Positions 1 through 6,583 of a stretch of DNA of 14,330 nucleotides are shown piece by piece. Positions within the stretch are counted from its first letter, which is position 1; every line of letters starts with the position of its first letter. Made by a program: the position numbers and the translations under genes. The notes under the pieces were generated by a model. That model saw only the letters and a list, made by a program, of their open reading frames with translations. It ran no database searches and was not told where the DNA came from. The stretch spans positions 1 through 14,330 of the forward strand of contig JBAXKK010000067.1 in assembly GCA_037137395.1 (NCBI GenBank), in the 5' to 3' direction. Origin of the DNA: Elusimicrobiota bacterium. Lineage in GTDB: Bacteria; Elusimicrobiota; Elusimicrobia; Elusimicrobiales; UBA9959.

Positions 1-38
1 TCGCCGTACTTCTTTGAAAGATGCTCTACCTTTATCAT
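1..38 (-). CDS. Polar amino-acid ABC transporter ATP-binding protein (GlnQ-like), N-terminal fragment running off the window edge
   Basis: ATG at 38-36 overlaps the TGA (37-35) of the permease gene (ATGA coupling). It translates as MIKVEHLSKKYG, a typical ABC ATPase N-terminus. Not in the ORF track because it is truncated. Confidence 0.75.
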   Translation of the reverse strand, partial: MIKVEHLSKKYG

Positions 39-1555
39 AAGCTGCCCGCCTTTTTCCGTTTAAATTTCGGGTCGGTAACGCGCTCAAGATATTCAAGCGA
101 CTGCAGAAGGAACCAGGAGATGGAAAAATACAGGAATGCAACCATGACCAGCGGAAAGAACGCGTCGAACGTGCGGCTCCGTATAATATCGCTGGCTTTG
201 GTCAGGTCCTGCACGGCGATATAGCCTACGATGGAAGTGTTCTTCACCAGGGAAATGAATTCCCCTTTATATACCGGCAGGATCCGCCGCACCATCTGCG
301 GCAGGACGATATGGATGAAGGTTCCGGTTTTGGTGAAACCCATGGCGATGCCGGCTTCGGTCTGGCCTTTATCCACGCCCTCTATGCCGGTTCTGAAGAT
401 CTCCGCCGCGTAGGCGGCGAAGTTCAGCCCGAAAGCGATGATCGCGACGAATACCGGGTTGACGTTGACCGAGGCGAATACGACGTAGTAGACCAGCATT
501 AAAAGCACCAGCACCGGAGTGCCGCGCAGAATGGAAATGAACAGCCCGGCGGGCAGGCTCGCCGCCTTTTTTTTAGACAGCCGCATAAAGCAGATCAGCG
601 CGCCCAGCAGCGTGCCGAGGATGGCGGAGAAAATCGAAATAACGACCGTGACCCGGAGGCCGTCTAGGATGAGCAGCCAGCGCCGCTCTACGATAATGTT
701 GCTGCGGAAACTATCCGCCACCTTCCGCGCGAAGCTTTTCTCCGCGGGCGCCGCCGCGGCCGGACCGGCGAACTTCGCGATTTTGGATTTGAGCGCCAGG
801 GCCACGGTGCGGAACTCCATGTAGGGCTCCGAGAAATCCACCATGCGGCTCCGCTCCTCTGAGATCGCGATGCCGTCGGTGATCATGTCCACCTTCCCCG
901 ATGCAAGAGCGGTCACCAGCGAAGGAAATTCCAGCGACACGATCTCCATGCGGAACCTTTCGCGCGCGGCGAAGCGCCTCATCATCTCAATGTCGAAGCC
1001 CACATATTTCCCGTCCATCACGGCCACATAAGGGAGGTCGGCCACGGCCACGCCCAGGACATACTTCTCCCCCCCTCCGGACTCGGGGATCTCGGGCATG
1101 ACGGCGGCCTCCGGATCTCCGCCGCACCAACGCCGGTAGATGGCATCGTAGGTCCCGTCGGCGCGTATCTCTTTTAGAAAACGATTAAACCGCTTCCGGA
1201 GCTCCGGCGCGCGCTTAGCAAATCCCACACCCACCGGCATATTAAGGATGTCTTCCTGCAGAACGCCCAGTTCCGGGTTGGTCTTCATAACTACGGAAGC
1301 GGAGATGGTGTCCAGAAGCGCGACATCCACCTTGTCCTTCTTTATGGACAGGATCATATCCGCGGTGCTGTCGAACCGCAGCAGCTTCGCGGCGGGGTAT
1401 TTGCGGGCCACGAACGCGTCATGGACGGTTCCCGAGAACACCGCGATCCTTCCTTCAGCGAGGTCGTCGAGCGAGTTCCAGCCGGCGTAGCAGCGCGCCG
1501 CAAAACCGGTGATAAGCGACAGGCCGAAGAATATCAATAGTATTATTTTTTTCAT
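35..1555 (-). CDS. Polar amino-acid ABC transporter: fused substrate-binding domain (family 3, circularly permuted) plus HisM/GlnP-type permease
   Basis: 506 aa with a signal peptide. SBP motifs SLDDL..G.IAV..GT, DGTYDAIYRRW, GFDIEM, GKVD, EER...VDFSEPY. Permease motifs RGTPVLVLL, AYAAEIFRTGI..VDKGQTEAG.AMG (EAA loop), KNTSIVGYI. Confidence 0.92.
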   Translation of the reverse strand: MKKIILLIFFGLSLITGFAARCYAGWNSLDDLAEGRIAVFSGTVHDAFVARKYPAAKLLRFDSTADMILSIKKDKVDVALLDTISASVVMKTNPELGVLQEDILNMPVGVGFAKRAPELRKRFNRFLKEIRADGTYDAIYRRWCGGDPEAAVMPEIPESGGGEKYVLGVAVADLPYVAVMDGKYVGFDIEMMRRFAARERFRMEIVSLEFPSLVTALASGKVDMITDGIAISEERSRMVDFSEPYMEFRTVALALKSKIAKFAGPAAAAPAEKSFARKVADSFRSNIIVERRWLLILDGLRVTVVISIFSAILGTLLGALICFMRLSKKKAASLPAGLFISILRGTPVLVLLMLVYYVVFASVNVNPVFVAIIAFGLNFAAYAAEIFRTGIEGVDKGQTEAGIAMGFTKTGTFIHIVLPQMVRRILPVYKGEFISLVKNTSIVGYIAVQDLTKASDIIRSRTFDAFFPLVMVAFLYFSISWFLLQSLEYLERVTDPKFKRKKAGSL

Positions 1556-1574
1556 TGCGTCTTCCGTGATCTAA

Positions 1575-1632
1575 GAAATAAGGTGACACACAACTTAATT
1601 GCTGCTAATTAAGTTGTGTGTCACCTTATTTC
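1575..1632. repeat. Perfect 26-bp inverted repeat with 6-nt loop
   Basis: GAAATAAGGTGACACACAACTTAATT (1575-1600), loop GCTGCT, AATTAAGTTGTGTGTCACCTTATTTC (1607-1632). The arms are exact reverse complements. Confidence 0.97.
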
Positions 1633-1634
1633 GT

Positions 1635-2528
1635 TTATTTTTTCATTAAAAGCACCGTCTTGACCGGGCAATATGGTTCTGTAAGGATGAAGTTTTTGGA
1701 AAAATTCTTGATATCCTGCATACTGACGCCTTTATATTCTTTCCTCTGACCATGGTATTTAGGCATCCTTTGCCAGAAGAAGACATCTATTTTTTTTGAT
1801 CGCAGCGCGGCAAGCCTTGCCGGAGAATCGATAGACACCACTTCGATGTTTTTACCGAGCAGTTTTGAAATTTCAGCCAATAACGCGATGTTGTAGCCGG
1901 CCGGTTTTCCGTCAGCCGCGACATAATCAAGAGGAGGCATATCTCCGGACACTCCCACATAAACGGTTTCAGGATACGCCGTTTTTTCAATTTTCGCCAT
2001 AGCGGGCTCCTGTCCGACCGGCAGTTCCTTTACCCACTTTTTATAGAGCTCATCTATCTTGCCCGAAGCTTTAAGTTTGCTTATGGCCGAATTGAGCGAG
2101 TCCATCAACTTTACATCGGCTGTTCTTAAAAGCATGGTAAGCCCCATATCTTCAGAGTAAAGAACGGATTTAAGCTCCGGATTCCTTTGAATTATATAAT
2201 TCGCGGTAACATCACTTGTCATCATAAAATCCGCTCTGCCTGATTTCAGCATGGCTAAGCCTCCCGCCATGGAATCGGCATAAACGAATTTATTTAGCCG
2301 GATGCCATGCTGCGCATTCATCATAGCCGTTAAACTTTCCTCGCTCCATACGGAGTAGGTCATGGTCCCGGTCTTGCCGTTTAAAAATAAAAAATCCGGC
2401 TTCTCCGCTTTCTTGCCGGCGGCTCCCTGTTTTGGCGGTTTTGCTGTTTGCGGTTGAGAATATGCAGCCATAGGGCTTGCGACCATCCCGGCCACGGCTA
2501 AAGCTGCCAACAATTTGTTTATTTTCAT
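1635..2528 (-). CDS. Periplasmic amino-acid-binding protein (SBP family 3, circularly permuted)
   Basis: Signal peptide MKINKLLAALAVAGMVASPMAAYS. Motifs LKSGRADF, LKASGKIDELYKKW, VGVSGDMPPLDY..DGKPAGYNIALL, LTEPY. Start 2528 is preferred over 2537 because the AAGGAG (2543-2538) abuts the 2537 ATG but lies 9 nt from the 2528 ATG. Confidence 0.85.
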   Translation of the reverse strand: MKINKLLAALAVAGMVASPMAAYSQPQTAKPPKQGAAGKKAEKPDFLFLNGKTGTMTYSVWSEESLTAMMNAQHGIRLNKFVYADSMAGGLAMLKSGRADFMMTSDVTANYIIQRNPELKSVLYSEDMGLTMLLRTADVKLMDSLNSAISKLKASGKIDELYKKWVKELPVGQEPAMAKIEKTAYPETVYVGVSGDMPPLDYVAADGKPAGYNIALLAEISKLLGKNIEVVSIDSPARLAALRSKKIDVFFWQRMPKYHGQRKEYKGVSMQDIKNFSKNFILTEPYCPVKTVLLMKK

Positions 2529-2587
2529 TTTGAACATCTCCTTTATATTTTAATATTAAAGTTTACCGCACGCAAAGCCAACCAGCC

Positions 2588-3472
2588 CTAAAGTTTTATT
2601 CCCGCGTTGATGAGCGCCGCTTTCACCTCTTGGCGGCGATTCACGCTCAGAGTGGTCAGGGGCAGCCTCATGTCCGGGGAACAATACCCCATGAGATGCA
2701 TGGCGTATTTAACCGGTATCGGATTGGTCTCGACAAAAAGCGCCTTTATGAGGCCAAATAGCCGGTGATGCAGTTTTTGGGCCTCCACAATTTCCCCTCT
2801 GAGGAACAGTTCGCACATCTGGGATATTTCTCCGGGAGCGGCATTTCCCGTGACAGAAATCACTCCTCTGGCGCCTACAGCCATCATCGGCAGTGTAAGC
2901 GAATCGTCTCCGCTCATCACGACAAAATCCTTATCGGCCCCGTTTAATATCTCGCTGACCTGATCCAAGAGGCCGGATGCTTCCTTAATACCCACGATGT
3001 TGCTGAATTTTTTTCTGAGCGACAGGACCGTTGAAGGCAGCATGTTTACGCCGGTGCGGCCCGGGATATTGTAAAGGATGATCGGCAGACGGGTGCTTTC
3101 GGCCAGTTCGGAAAAATGTGCCATCATCCCTTCCTGCGTCGGCTTGTTGTAATAAGGCACTATCGCCAGCACGCCATCTACGCCCAGCGCCTCTATTTTT
3201 TTCAGCATTTCCACGGATTTGGCGGTGGAATTAGTTCCCACTCCAGGCACCACTGGGACTTTGCCCTTAGCCTCGTCAACAGCGGTTTTTATAACTTCAA
3301 GATATTCATCTTCCGTCAGCGTGGTGGCCTCTCCGGTGGAACCGCAGGGAACCAGGCCGTTCACTGCGGCCTTTATCTGCCATCTGACGAGTTTACGAAA
3401 AGCGACGAGGTCGGGCTTGCCTCCCTTGAACGGCGTGATGACAGCGGTGAAACAACCTTTTAATTCAAGCAT
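2588..3472 (-). CDS. dapA: 4-hydroxy-tetrahydrodipicolinate synthase
   Basis: 294 aa. GSTGEA, PYYNKP.QEG, YNIPGRTG, Schiff-base Lys in GIKEASG, SGDD, ETNPIPVK. SD GGAGGT at 3481-3476. Confidence 0.96.
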   Translation of the reverse strand: MLELKGCFTAVITPFKGGKPDLVAFRKLVRWQIKAAVNGLVPCGSTGEATTLTEDEYLEVIKTAVDEAKGKVPVVPGVGTNSTAKSVEMLKKIEALGVDGVLAIVPYYNKPTQEGMMAHFSELAESTRLPIILYNIPGRTGVNMLPSTVLSLRKKFSNIVGIKEASGLLDQVSEILNGADKDFVVMSGDDSLTLPMMAVGARGVISVTGNAAPGEISQMCELFLRGEIVEAQKLHHRLFGLIKALFVETNPIPVKYAMHLMGYCSPDMRLPLTTLSVNRRQEVKAALINAGIKL

Positions 3473-3486
3473 AGCACCTCCAAAAG

Positions 3487-3552
3487 CTGAAGAATTAGAA
3501 GATTGGCTTTTTCAGGCCTGACGACCTTATGGCGAATCCTCTCATCTTCTAA
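3487..3552. repeat. Degenerate inverted octamer repeats flanking a 10-bp palindrome in the dapF-dapA spacer
   Basis: TTAGAAGAT (3495-3503) is the reverse complement of ATCTTCTAA (3544-3552). Degenerate 8-mers TGAAGAAT/TAGAAGAT on the left and GAATCCTC/TCATCTTC on the right. Palindrome TCAGGCCTGA at 3512-3521. Confidence 0.45.
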
Positions 3553-4355
3553 AGATCGATAAATCCTTCAAAAACCGTTTTTGCCGGGCCCTCTATATAA
3601 ATATTATCCACTGAGCCGCGCGGACCGGGCTTAAACCAGACCTTAAAATTTTCGCCGCTTTTGGCCGTCACACGGACCGGAACTGCGAGCCCTTTTGCCA
3701 GTCCGAACGCTATGGCGCTGGCGGTGATGCCGGTGCCGCAGGCCAGGGTCTCGGCCTCCACTCCCCGTTCATATGTCCTGAGCCGCAGGCAATCGCCTCT
3801 AAGCTGAACAAAATTAACATTAGCGCCCGCAGGACCGAACGCCTTATGAAAGCGCAGGCTGCGGCCAAGCGAGTCCACGTCAAGGGTGTCTATATTGCTG
3901 AGCGGGACCACCGCGTGAGGCACTCCGGTATTCAGGAAGTGAACGATCTTCACAGGAGCGGGATATACACCCTTGTGGTTCAGGGCCGCATAGGGCACGG
4001 CGGGCATACGCATTTTTATTTTTTCACGCCCGGTCACCAGAACGGATAAAATTCCCCTGATAGTCACCAGCTCAAAATCTTTTTCCTTCACAAAACCGGA
4101 AGAATGCGCCCACCAGGCGGCGCAACGTGAACCATTGCCGCAAAAAGCCTCCGAGCCGTCGGAATTAAAATAGCGAAGCGAGATTTTCCCTGCCCCGGCT
4201 TTATGCACACATAAAAGCCCGTCAGCCCCGACGCCCGCCTTCCGGTCACAGAGCTTCACCGCCAGCTTCTTCAGAGCGGAGGAGGTGAAGTTCCTCCCGT
4301 TAAGAAGCACGAAATCATTGCCGGCGCCCGACATCTTGTAAAATTTAATTTTCAC
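3549..4355 (-). CDS. dapF: Diaminopimelate epimerase
   Basis: KMSGAGNDF, GADG, NSDGS...CGNG, NTGVPH, RTYERGVEAETLACGTG; both catalytic Cys are present. Start placed at GTG 4355 (MKIKFYKM), with SD-like AAGGGG 5 nt upstream. Confidence 0.95.
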   Translation of the reverse strand: MKIKFYKMSGAGNDFVLLNGRNFTSSALKKLAVKLCDRKAGVGADGLLCVHKAGAGKISLRYFNSDGSEAFCGNGSRCAAWWAHSSGFVKEKDFELVTIRGILSVLVTGREKIKMRMPAVPYAALNHKGVYPAPVKIVHFLNTGVPHAVVPLSNIDTLDVDSLGRSLRFHKAFGPAGANVNFVQLRGDCLRLRTYERGVEAETLACGTGITASAIAFGLAKGLAVPVRVTAKSGENFKVWFKPGPRGSVDNIYIEGPAKTVFEGFIDL

Positions 4356-4374
4356 AACATCCCCTTCTGTGTGT

Positions 4375-4520
4375 CCGCAGCATCGGTCACTCTTCACTAA
4401 CCTGAAAACTTCAGTTGAAGTTTTCCGCCCGTACAACGGGCGCCCTTCGGGAGGTATACACCCCGTCGGGCCTGGCGCGCATAGCGCTTGGCTCTCCGCC
4501 CGCTTTGAGGGGAATCCTGC
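4375..4520 (-). ncRNA. Candidate structured cis-regulatory leader RNA (or sRNA) upstream of dapF, with glycine-riboswitch-like motifs
   Basis: Hairpins at 4404-4425 and 4426-4442, alternative pairing 4498-4504 with 4435-4441, and minus-strand motifs GGAGAG, CCGACGG, CCGAAGG, ACUGAAG, UUUCAGGU, GACCG. The family is not established. Confidence 0.35.
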
Positions 4521-4576
4521 AGAATAATTTTATTCCCCTGATTTCTCTATGGGAATCATTCTGAACTGCAGGATTC
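4512..4576. repeat. Imperfect inverted repeat (11-bp perfect outer arms plus 6-bp inner arms)
   Basis: GAATCCTGCAG (4512-4522) with CTGCAGGATTC (4566-4576); inner ATTCCC (4532-4537) with GGGAAT (4551-4556). Confidence 0.8.
4527..4555 (-). promoter_or_regulatory. Candidate sigma70 promoter for the dapF leader
   Basis: Minus strand TTCCCA (4555-4550), 17-nt spacer, TAAAAT (4532-4527). Predicted start near 4520. Confidence 0.4.
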
Positions 4577-4579
4577 GGG

Positions 4580-4607
4580 CTAACCACTAATCACTATCCA
4601 CTAATCA
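4580..4607. repeat. Heptamer tandem repeat, 4 copies, consensus CTAATCA
   Basis: CTAACCA CTAATCA CTATCCA CTAATCA. The last unit supplies the TGA stop of the TPR gene. Confidence 0.8.
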
Positions 4608-5627
4608 ATGGCTGCCCATCATCAGCGAGGCGGCGAAAGCCGCGATGAACGAATCGCCATGATCGGACGCTTCTTTAAAATATTCAAGCGCCCGGACTCG
4701 TTCCCCTTTCTTGTACAGGGCCATACCCCGTATTAGGAGGGACAGGGCTCTATGCCGCGTTCCGGCAGCCGGAATGGCGCCGAGAGCCGCATCGTAATCC
4801 CCCGCCAGAAACTCTACAAGCGCCAGTTCAAGCGCCAGATCAGCGCTTGCCGGATCGCGCCTTATCGCGGAACGCATATGACCGGCGGAAGCCTTATAAT
4901 CGCCGCGGCCGGCAGCTATCCTGGCCATCACTTCATAAAAATAGGTTTCGCCCGGCGCGAGTTTAATTCCATAGCCGGCAATCAGGCCGGCCTCTTCCCA
5001 GTCCCTGATCCTTAGCATCTGTGAGGCATATTCCTTCAATAGCCCGAGATCTCCAAAATCACCGAGTATGGCCGCCCGGGAATAATAGATCTTGGCTTTT
5101 GAAAGGAAACCCCTGAAAGCATAGCAGCGAGCCAGGCCGGCGTTGGCCTCTATATCGTAGGAGCGCCCCTTCAGAACTTTTTCAAATAGCGGAATCGCAA
5201 TGTCATAAAAACCGGTCTTAAGATAGATTGACGCCAGACGCCCCGAAAAAAGATCGTTTTCCGGGTAAAGGCCGTGCGCCAGTTTATAAACCATTATTGC
5301 TTTATCGTAGTTTCCCTGGGCTTCATAGCAGCGCCCGAGATATGAATAAGCCTTCTCTCGTATGGCTGAGGACGGCTTCTCGCGGAACAGATCCTGGGAT
5401 ATAGCGGCTACGGCGCGACAATCTCCGTTCTCGAAATTTACGCTCATCACGCCCAGCATATCCTCCGCCTTTTTATCGGACACTCCACCAAAGAGGAAAG
5501 CAGAAGCGTTAAGAGGGTAGAGGAGCAGAAGGATCGCGGCGAGTCTAAGAATTGAAGATTGAAGATTGAAGATTGAATTGTGCAATCTGGAATCTGGAAT
5601 CTGGAATCTTAAATTATCCTGAATCAT
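4605..5627 (-). CDS. Exported tetratricopeptide-repeat protein
   Basis: 340 aa. TPR-like units (AYSYLGRCYEAQGNYDKAI..YK.A...YP, LASIYLKTG.YD.AI..FEKVL, LIRGMALYKKGE...ALEYFKEA). Signal peptide RLAAILLLLYPLNASA. ATG overlaps the patatin TGA. Confidence 0.85.
   Translation of the reverse strand: MIQDNLRFQIPDSRLHNSIFNLQSSILRLAAILLLLYPLNASAFLFGGVSDKKAEDMLGVMSVNFENGDCRAVAAISQDLFREKPSSAIREKAYSYLGRCYEAQGNYDKAIMVYKLAHGLYPENDLFSGRLASIYLKTGFYDIAIPLFEKVLKGRSYDIEANAGLARCYAFRGFLSKAKIYYSRAAILGDFGDLGLLKEYASQMLRIRDWEEAGLIAGYGIKLAPGETYFYEVMARIAAGRGDYKASAGHMRSAIRRDPASADLALELALVEFLAGDYDAALGAIPAAGTRHRALSLLIRGMALYKKGERVRALEYFKEASDHGDSFIAAFAASLMMGSH
5551..5611. repeat. Two facing heptamer arrays, (ATTGAAG)x4 and (AATCTGG)x4, within the 5' end of the TPR gene
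   Basis: ATTGAAG x3 + ATTGAAT (5551-5578); AATCTGG x3 + AATCTTA (5584-5611). The AGATT and AATCT cores are complementary. Confidence 0.92.
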
Positions 5628-6583
5628 AACGCTTCCAACAGGCTCGGCGCCGAAAAGATAAGGTAACTCTCGCGGGCGCTGTCCACGCGCTTTGTCGCTT
5701 CCATAAGCCCGGCTTCACCCGCCTTCTGACATTGCTCAAAGTCAGCCATCTTAACCTTGCCAACTTCGGGCTTGATGACAAAATCGGATTGTTTTTCCTC
5801 ATTCGCGGCCAACATTGAGCCCCTGATATCTATGACCTGCAACAGCGAGGTCAGAACATTCTCAGGCAGCTCATTAGAAACTCCTCCAGCGACGCTGGCC
5901 AGCACCCAATCCGCGCCAAGTAGCCGGGCGGCGTCAATCGGGATAAAATCCACCACACCACCGTCCACCAGATAGCGGTGCCGATACTCCAAGGGCGCGA
6001 AGATGCCCGGCAGATTAACGCTGGCCCTTACGGCTATAGCCAGCGGCCCATCGTTGAAAATTATCTTTTCTCCGGTCCTGAAATCCATGGCCACGCAGGC
6101 AAAAGGCTTCTTAAGATTTTCAAAAGTCAGAGATCCGAGATTTTTTTCTATAAATTGGTTGATGTAGGTTGGCGTCAGCAGCCTGTTAGTCAGCAGAAGG
6201 CTCAGAACCTTTATTCCTCTGAAGTCCCTGGAAACCTTAAGGGTGGAAGCTTCATTGGCGAACTTCCATATATCCGGCACGCTCATCCCGGAAGAATACA
6301 ACCCGCCGACAACCGACCCCATAGAGGTGCCTGAAACATAATCCACCGGGAAAGCGGCGTAATCCAGCGCCTCCAGAACCCCGGCATGCGCGAATCCTCT
6401 GGCCCCGCCTCCGGAAAGCGCAAGCCCCACTCCCGGCCGCGCCGGAGGCTTCAGCAGGACCAGCTTATCCCACATTAGTTCACGCAGGATTTCGTCGCCC
6501 TTTAAAAGGCCCGGCTCCTGCGCCTGGATGGTAAAAACCGCCGGGGCCATTAATATCAAAAACAGAATAACCTTATTCAGCAA
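5624..6583 (-). CDS. Patatin-like phospholipase (RssA/NTE family) with signal peptide
   Basis: 319 aa. Oxyanion LSGGGARG, nucleophile GTSMG, AS..LPGIFAP, catalytic DGG. N-terminal MLNKVILFLILMAPAVFTIQA. Confidence 0.93.
   Translation of the reverse strand: MLNKVILFLILMAPAVFTIQAQEPGLLKGDEILRELMWDKLVLLKPPARPGVGLALSGGGARGFAHAGVLEALDYAAFPVDYVSGTSMGSVVGGLYSSGMSVPDIWKFANEASTLKVSRDFRGIKVLSLLLTNRLLTPTYINQFIEKNLGSLTFENLKKPFACVAMDFRTGEKIIFNDGPLAIAVRASVNLPGIFAPLEYRHRYLVDGGVVDFIPIDAARLLGADWVLASVAGGVSNELPENVLTSLLQVIDIRGSMLAANEEKQSDFVIKPEVGKVKMADFEQCQKAGEAGLMEATKRVDSARESYLIFSAPSLLEAL

Noticed and set aside
4356..4436. 27-aa N-terminal extension of DapF in the ORF track (TTG start at 4436)
   Set aside because: DapF-like sequence begins at VKIKFYKM (GTG 4355) with an SD. 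The extension runs through hairpins of the leader.
4360..4600. Canonical lysine riboswitch, SAM-I riboswitch, T-box or 6S RNA upstream of dapF
   Set aside because: Only fragments match (GGAGAGC, GGCCCGACG, GGGGAAUA). The lysine AGAGG.GC/GAAAGG/ACUGUC, SAM-I GCAACC and T-box GGUGGNACC cores are absent, and no continuous 6S-like rod could be built by eye.
5551..5611. CRISPR array or assembly stutter
   Set aside because: Units are 7 nt with no spacers and there are no cas genes. Two different complementary units with degenerate ends argue against stutter.
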